Shown here: one piece after another, positions 59,657 to 64,000 of the stretch
Numbering within the stretch: position 1 is the stretch's first letter
How the letters are laid out: the number at the start of each line of letters is the position of its first letter
Assembly: GCA_965237895.1 (NCBI GenBank)
Contig: CBDEGR010000001.1
Coordinates: 99,906-163,905 of the forward strand
DNA length: 64,000 nt
Reading direction: 5' to 3'
From: Terriglobia bacterium
GTDB taxonomy: Bacteria > Acidobacteriota > Terriglobia > UBA7540 > JAPUME01
Made by a program: the position numbers and the translations under genes
The notes under the pieces: generated by a model
The model's database searches: none
Seen by the model: only the letters and a program-made list of their open reading frames with translations
What the model was told of the DNA's origin: nothing

Positions 59657-61762
59657 GTGAAAGTATATGAAGCGGCGAATCTGCGCAACGTAGCCCTCAT
59701 GGGGCACGGGCATACGGGAAAAACGCAACTGCTCTCCTCTCTCCTCTACGCGGCCGGTACGGGGAACCGTCTGGGGCTGGTCGATGACGGCACTTCGGTG
59801 ACCGATTTCGACGAGGAGGAAATTCAGCGGAAATTTTCCATCGCCGCCGGGCTGGCCTATGCGGAGTGGGGGCAGTCGAAGATCAACTTCCTCGATATGC
59901 CCGGCTACAACCTGTTCTTCCACGAAGCGGAAAGCGCGCTGCCGGTGGTCGACGGCGTTCTGCTGCTGGTTCACGCCGTTTCCGGTGTCGAGGTGCAGAC
60001 GGAGAGGGCTTGGAAGGCCTGTGAAAAATTGGGGTTGCCCTGCGCTCTGGTGCTGAATCAAATGGACAGGGACCGCGCGAGTCTGGACCGCACCTTGGAG
60101 TCGCTGCAGAGAGCCTTCGGACGGGGCGTGATTCCCGTGCATCTTCCCTGGGGAGCGGAAAAGAACTTTCACGGCGTGATCGACCTGATTCGGATGAAGG
60201 CTTACGACTACACGGACCCAGATAAAGGGCGCGCCCAGGAAGGGGCCATCCCGGCCGACCTCGAGGAGGCGGCCAACAAGGGGCATGAGGCGCTCATTGA
60301 GATGGTGGCAGAGGGTGACGACCAACTTATGGAAAAATTCTTCGACCAGGGGACGCTTTCGCCGGAGGATTCCCGTGCAGGCTTGCAGAAGGCTTTCCGC
60401 GAAAGGCGGCTGTTTCCGGTTCTCTGCTTGTCGGCGCTGAAGAATCTGGGGACGGAAAATCTGCTGAACTTCCTGGTGGATTACTTCCCGGCGCCGTCGG
60501 AAACCGAGAAAGTCGAAGGCACGCTGCCCGATTCGGGCGAGACGGTCAAACGGAAGCGGAGCGGCGCGGAGCCGACCGCGGTGTATGTCTTTAAGACCGT
60601 CGCCGACGCGTTTGCCGGTCGCATCTCCTACTTCCGAGTCTTTTCCGGCTCGGTGAAGAATGACGCCTACCTGCAGAACTATCCGCGAAGCTCCTCGGAG
60701 CGGTTTGCGCACATTTCCGTGGTTCAAGGGAAGACGCTGACGAACGTGGCCGAGCTCCCGGCGGGCGACATCGGAGCGGTGGCGAAATTGAAAGGTACGC
60801 TGACCGGCGACACGCTGGGGGAAAAATCCACCCCCTTTCTGTTTCCCATGCCGAAATTGACCGAACCGGCCATCTCCTTTGCCATTGAACCGAAGACGCG
60901 CGCCGACGAGGACCGCTTGAGCACCGCCATCCACCGCATGACGGAGGAGGACCGGATGCTCCGCTTCTCCCGAGACCCGCAGACGAAGGAATTCTTGATC
61001 TCGGGCGCGGGCCAGCAGCACGTCGAGGTGGCCGTCTCGAAGCTGAAGCGCCGCTATAACGTCGAGGTGACCCTGAAAGTGCCTAAGGTTCCTTACCGCG
61101 AGACGATTCGCGGCAAGGCCGAAGCCCAGGGCAAGTACAAGCGCCAGACCGGCGGCCATGGGCAGTACGGCGATTGCAAAATCAGGATGGAGCCCATGCC
61201 GCGAGGCGGCAGCTTTGAGTTCGTCAATGACATCTTCGGCGGCTCCATCCCCAGGAACTACATTCCCGCTGTCGAGAAGGGCATCCGGGATGCCGCGGAA
61301 AAGGGCTTCCTGGCGGGCTTTCCGGTGGTGGACTTCAAAGTGAGTCTCTACGACGGCTCCTACCATGACGTAGACTCCTCCGACCTCGCCTTTCAGATTG
61401 CCGGTTCGTTTGCCTTCAAGAAGTGCATGGAGCAGGCGAAGCCCTGTTTGCTCGAGCCCGTCATGCGTGTGGAGATTACCGTGCCGGACAATTTTTCCGG
61501 TGATATTATGGGTAACTTGAACAGCCGTCGGGGGCGCATCCAAGGAATGGACCCGCGGGGCGGTTCTTCAGTCATCACGGCTCACGTGCCTCTGGCCGAG
61601 ATGCTTACCTATGCGTCCGACCTGACCTCCATGACCCAGGGGCGGGGCAATTACACGATGGAGTTTGATTATTACGATGTAGTTCCTCAGATGATTGCCG
61701 ATAAAATTAAAGCAGCCGCCCGTGTGGCCGACTCCGAAAAGGACAAGGGCGGGGAAGCGTAA
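59657..61762 (+). CDS. Elongation factor G paralog (EF-G-like GTPase)
   Basis: GGAAAGGAG RBS then GTG 59657. G1 GHGHTGKT (not the canonical AHIDAGKT), G3 DMPGY, G4 NQMD. EF-G domains II-V are recognisable (FKTVADAFAGRISYFRVFSG, GQQHVEV, HDVDSS). Confidence 0.85.
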   Translation: MKVYEAANLRNVALMGHGHTGKTQLLSSLLYAAGTGNRLGLVDDGTSVTDFDEEEIQRKFSIAAGLAYAEWGQSKINFLDMPGYNLFFHEAESALPVVDGVLLLVHAVSGVEVQTERAWKACEKLGLPCALVLNQMDRDRASLDRTLESLQRAFGRGVIPVHLPWGAEKNFHGVIDLIRMKAYDYTDPDKGRAQEGAIPADLEEAANKGHEALIEMVAEGDDQLMEKFFDQGTLSPEDSRAGLQKAFRERRLFPVLCLSALKNLGTENLLNFLVDYFPAPSETEKVEGTLPDSGETVKRKRSGAEPTAVYVFKTVADAFAGRISYFRVFSGSVKNDAYLQNYPRSSSERFAHISVVQGKTLTNVAELPAGDIGAVAKLKGTLTGDTLGEKSTPFLFPMPKLTEPAISFAIEPKTRADEDRLSTAIHRMTEEDRMLRFSRDPQTKEFLISGAGQQHVEVAVSKLKRRYNVEVTLKVPKVPYRETIRGKAEAQGKYKRQTGGHGQYGDCKIRMEPMPRGGSFEFVNDIFGGSIPRNYIPAVEKGIRDAAEKGFLAGFPVVDFKVSLYDGSYHDVDSSDLAFQIAGSFAFKKCMEQAKPCLLEPVMRVEITVPDNFSGDIMGNLNSRRGRIQGMDPRGGSSVITAHVPLAEMLTYASDLTSMTQGRGNYTMEFDYYDVVPQMIADKIKAAARVADSEKDKGGEA

Positions 61763-61861
61763 CCTCAGTGTCCGGAAAGCCGGAGGCCCGGCCGATGAAG
61801 GGGCGGTTCCCCGGTATCGGAGGGTAAGACAAACAACCCTTAAAAATTTTAGGGGTCGATC

Positions 61862-63111
61862 GTGGATGCCTTCTTACTACGAGCCTTGGCTCGAATATTT
61901 TCATTGAGCGGAGTCCTGCTGATCGTCGCCGCAAGCCAGATCTTCTGGTTTCGCCGCATGGGGGAGTTGTTCGAGCGATGGATTCCGCGCCGCTCCCATC
62001 GCTGGTGGCTCGGCGGCGGCCTTTTCGCTGGCTATGCTACTCTGTTCGTAACCAACATCTACTTCCGGCGCACGTTCGGCGAGACGCCATACCTCTCTCT
62101 CCGTCACATCTTCATCACCGCGTCTTTTACGGTTTGGGCGATCGGGTCGGGCTTGGGATTTTTGCTTGTCGTGGCGCTCAAGGTGCCGATCTTTCTGGCC
62201 GAGGTGTTTCGGCGGATTGCGGCCCGGTTGGGAAGCCGTTCCGCCGCCGATTGGGTTTCCCCCCAAGGGGTGTTGTCTCCTGACCGCCGCGCGTTTCTCC
62301 ATCGCTCCGTCTATGCTGCTGGGACCCTTCCTTTCTTCGGCGTGCTTTACGGATTTCTCTACGAGAGGCTCCATTTTGAGACCACTGGTGTAAAGATTCC
62401 TCTCTCGAGTCTGCCCGGGGAGTTCCACGGCTTCCGTATCGCGCAACTGAGCGATATTCATATCGGCGGCTTTATGACGGAGCGGCAAATCTGCCAGGTC
62501 GTCGAGCAGGTGAACGCCCTGAAGCCGGACTTGGTGGCGCTGACCGGCGACTACGTGACTTGGGATACGAGCACGCAGAAAGAAGTGGTGGCGGCGCTCT
62601 CCGGATTGCAGGCTCCCTACGGCGTGGTCGGCTGCTTGGGGAATCACGAAACTTGGTCGGGGGTTGAAGATTCCATCACCAAACTCTTCGCGGATGACGG
62701 GGTGCGGATCCTTCGCAAACAGAACCGCCTGTTGCAGGTGGGCGGCGAACGATTGAATGTGATCGGGGTTGACTACCAGCGCGAACGGTCCGGGCATCTA
62801 AAAGGTGTTGAGAAACTCATCGCGTCCGATACGACGAATATCCTCTTGAGCCACAACCCCAACTCATTCCGCCGCGCCGCCGAGTTGGGCATTGCCTGAG
62901 CCTGGCCGGTCACACCCACGGCGGGCAGATCAACCTGGAATTTCTCCATCCGCTGCTGACCCCCAGCCGCTTCATTACCAAGTACATCAAGGGATATTTC
63001 CAAGAGCGCGGTTCGCAGCTCTACGTGAACCGCGGCCTCGGTACCATCGGCGTCCCCATCCGCCTCAACGCCCCGCCGGAGATCACCCTCTACGAGCTGG
63101 TAAGGGCGTAA
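61862..63111 (+). pseudogene. Membrane-anchored calcineurin-like metallophosphoesterase with a 1-nt frameshift near 62894-62897
   Basis: Multi-TM N-terminus, LSDIHIG, LTGDYV, GNHE. The frame ends ...AAELGIA*, but the next frame reads LSLAGHTHGGQINLEF...LYVNRGLGTIGVPIRLNAPPEITLYELVRA* (stop 63109-63111). Restoring one base (att gNc ctg agc) rejoins the GHTHGGQ motif. Confidence 0.7.
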
Positions 63112-63333
63112 TTTTCCTTTAAGTTTATGGTTTACGCATACATGGCGCAGTGTCGCCGTGTGTTCGTGAGGGTTACGGGTGCCCCATCCTTTCCGGCCAG
63201 TCCTCTGAAGCCCGCAGGGCGTAGAGGGGGAAGGAAAGGGTGGGGAGCATGCAGTGAGTAGGCGTTGAGCTAGGAGGGGAGGCCCGACTCACACTTGCCG
63301 GGCCGAGCCTCCGGTGGTTATGCAAGGGACACT

Positions 63334-63520
63334 TTACTTTTTCCGCCGCAGGATCACGTCACCGTTGAAGGATTCCAGCCGCACCAGCGGGCCGCCCTTG
63401 TTGATGCGGCCTCGGACTTCGCGGGAAGGCTTCTGTTCTTTCTCGATTTGAATCTCGAAGTCGGAGACGATCTCTCCTTGCAGACTTTTCAGGACGTCCT
63501 CGGCGGAATTCGATTGTCCG
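63334..63520 (-). pseudogene. C-terminal fragment of a DUF4097-like protein
   Basis: ...VLKSLQGEIVSDFEIQIEKEQKPSREVRGRINKGGPLVRLESFNGDVILRRKK* resembles the C-terminus of DUF4097 proteins (compare 40623..41567). Sequence to the right, where its N-terminus should lie, is occupied on the opposite strand by the M28 peptidase fragment. Confidence 0.45.
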
Positions 63521-64000
63521 GTGCTGGAGGTGGCGCGAGGATTGGGCGCGCTGGTGAAGCGGGGATGGCGGCCTCGGCGTACGATCATCCTCGCCAGTTG
63601 GGACGGCGAAGAGTACGGCTTGCTCGGCTCCACCGAATGGGTGGAAGATCATGCGGAGTTCTTGAGCCGCAACTCCGTTGCCTACCTGAACGTGGATGTG
63701 GGCGTGGCCGGTCCGCATTTCCGGGCCTTTGCGGTTCCTTCCCTGGCGTCGTTGGTCCGCGAGGTGACGCGGAAGGTGAAGGACCCCAAGTCGGGCCGCT
63801 CGGTCTATCTGGCTTGGCTGGAAGAGGCGTCCCGGCTGCGGTCCTCGCCCGGCCTGCCGATTATTATTTTTACCGAACAGGAAGGCGAGCGGCCCCGCGT
63901 GCCGCCCGTGGGGGAGTTAGGCAGCGGGTCCGACTACACGCCTTTCTTTCAGCATCTGGGAATCCCTTCGGTGGATGTGGGCTTCGGCGGTCCCTACGGC
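63521..64000 (+). CDS. M28-family (glutamate carboxypeptidase II / NAALADase-like) peptidase, internal fragment: 5'-truncated at about 63520, 3' end beyond the window
   Basis: VLEVARGLGALVKRGWRPRRTIILASWDGEEYGLLGSTEWVEDHAEFL...LGSGSDYTPFFQHLGIPSVDVGFGGPYG. The roughly 300 or more N-terminal residues expected upstream are absent. Confidence 0.7.
   Translation, partial: MLEVARGLGALVKRGWRPRRTIILASWDGEEYGLLGSTEWVEDHAEFLSRNSVAYLNVDVGVAGPHFRAFAVPSLASLVREVTRKVKDPKSGRSVYLAWLEEASRLRSSPGLPIIIFTEQEGERPRVPPVGELGSGSDYTPFFQHLGIPSVDVGFGGPYG

Noticed and set aside
59324-61543. Very long antisense ORFs, e.g. 739 aa opposite the EF-G paralog. Also 32971..34434 (487 aa) opposite argF/GNAT, 37190..38281, 56964..58124, 11108..12031, 9967..10716 and 61901..62797.
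   Set aside because: Each lies entirely antisense to a gene with strong motif support. Their composition is Arg/Gly/Pro/Leu-rich and domain-free. This is the typical stop-poor shadow frame of high-GC DNA.

Overview
High-GC bacterial chromosomal segment with no rRNA, tRNA, CRISPR array, transposase or integrase that I could recognise. The gene content (PmoA-like DUF6807, NIPSNAP, CarboxypepD_reg, TPR/HEAT and DUF4097 proteins) suggests an Acidobacteriota-like environmental bacterium, but this is inference only. Most of the window is housekeeping. It includes a split purine cluster (purQ, purL, purF, purM, purN, with lepB and a HEAT-repeat gene embedded), tyrS, pcm, thiD, a translationally coupled argC-argB-argD-argF operon plus a short NAGS-like GNAT, aroK, mnmG, mrp/apbC, hom, an EF-G paralog, P5C dehydrogenase and glycerate-pathway genes. 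The strongest leads are: (1) A lipoprotein peroxiredoxin that the ORF track splits at a TGA lying exactly at the peroxidatic-Cys codon, followed by a SECIS-like hairpin, so it is a probable selenoprotein. (2) A HipA-like kinase + DUF3037 cassette of unknown function, where the kinase carries TGA at the conserved Trp of its FDxWxxNxD motif. (3) A perfect (GGCT)30 tetranucleotide microsatellite in the divergent prx/hsp20 control region. (4) A consensus sigma70-type promoter plus a perfect 15-3-15 palindromic, ARG-box-like operator in front of argC. (5) An unusually dense set of gene lesions: in-frame TAA/TAG/TGA stops, frameshifts, a clpB cut off after about 205 aa, and two gene fragments abutting at about 63.5 kb. 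These lesions need read-level checking, because misassembly, consensus error and real gene decay cannot be told apart from sequence alone. All functional calls come from motif recognition by eye; no database search was run.
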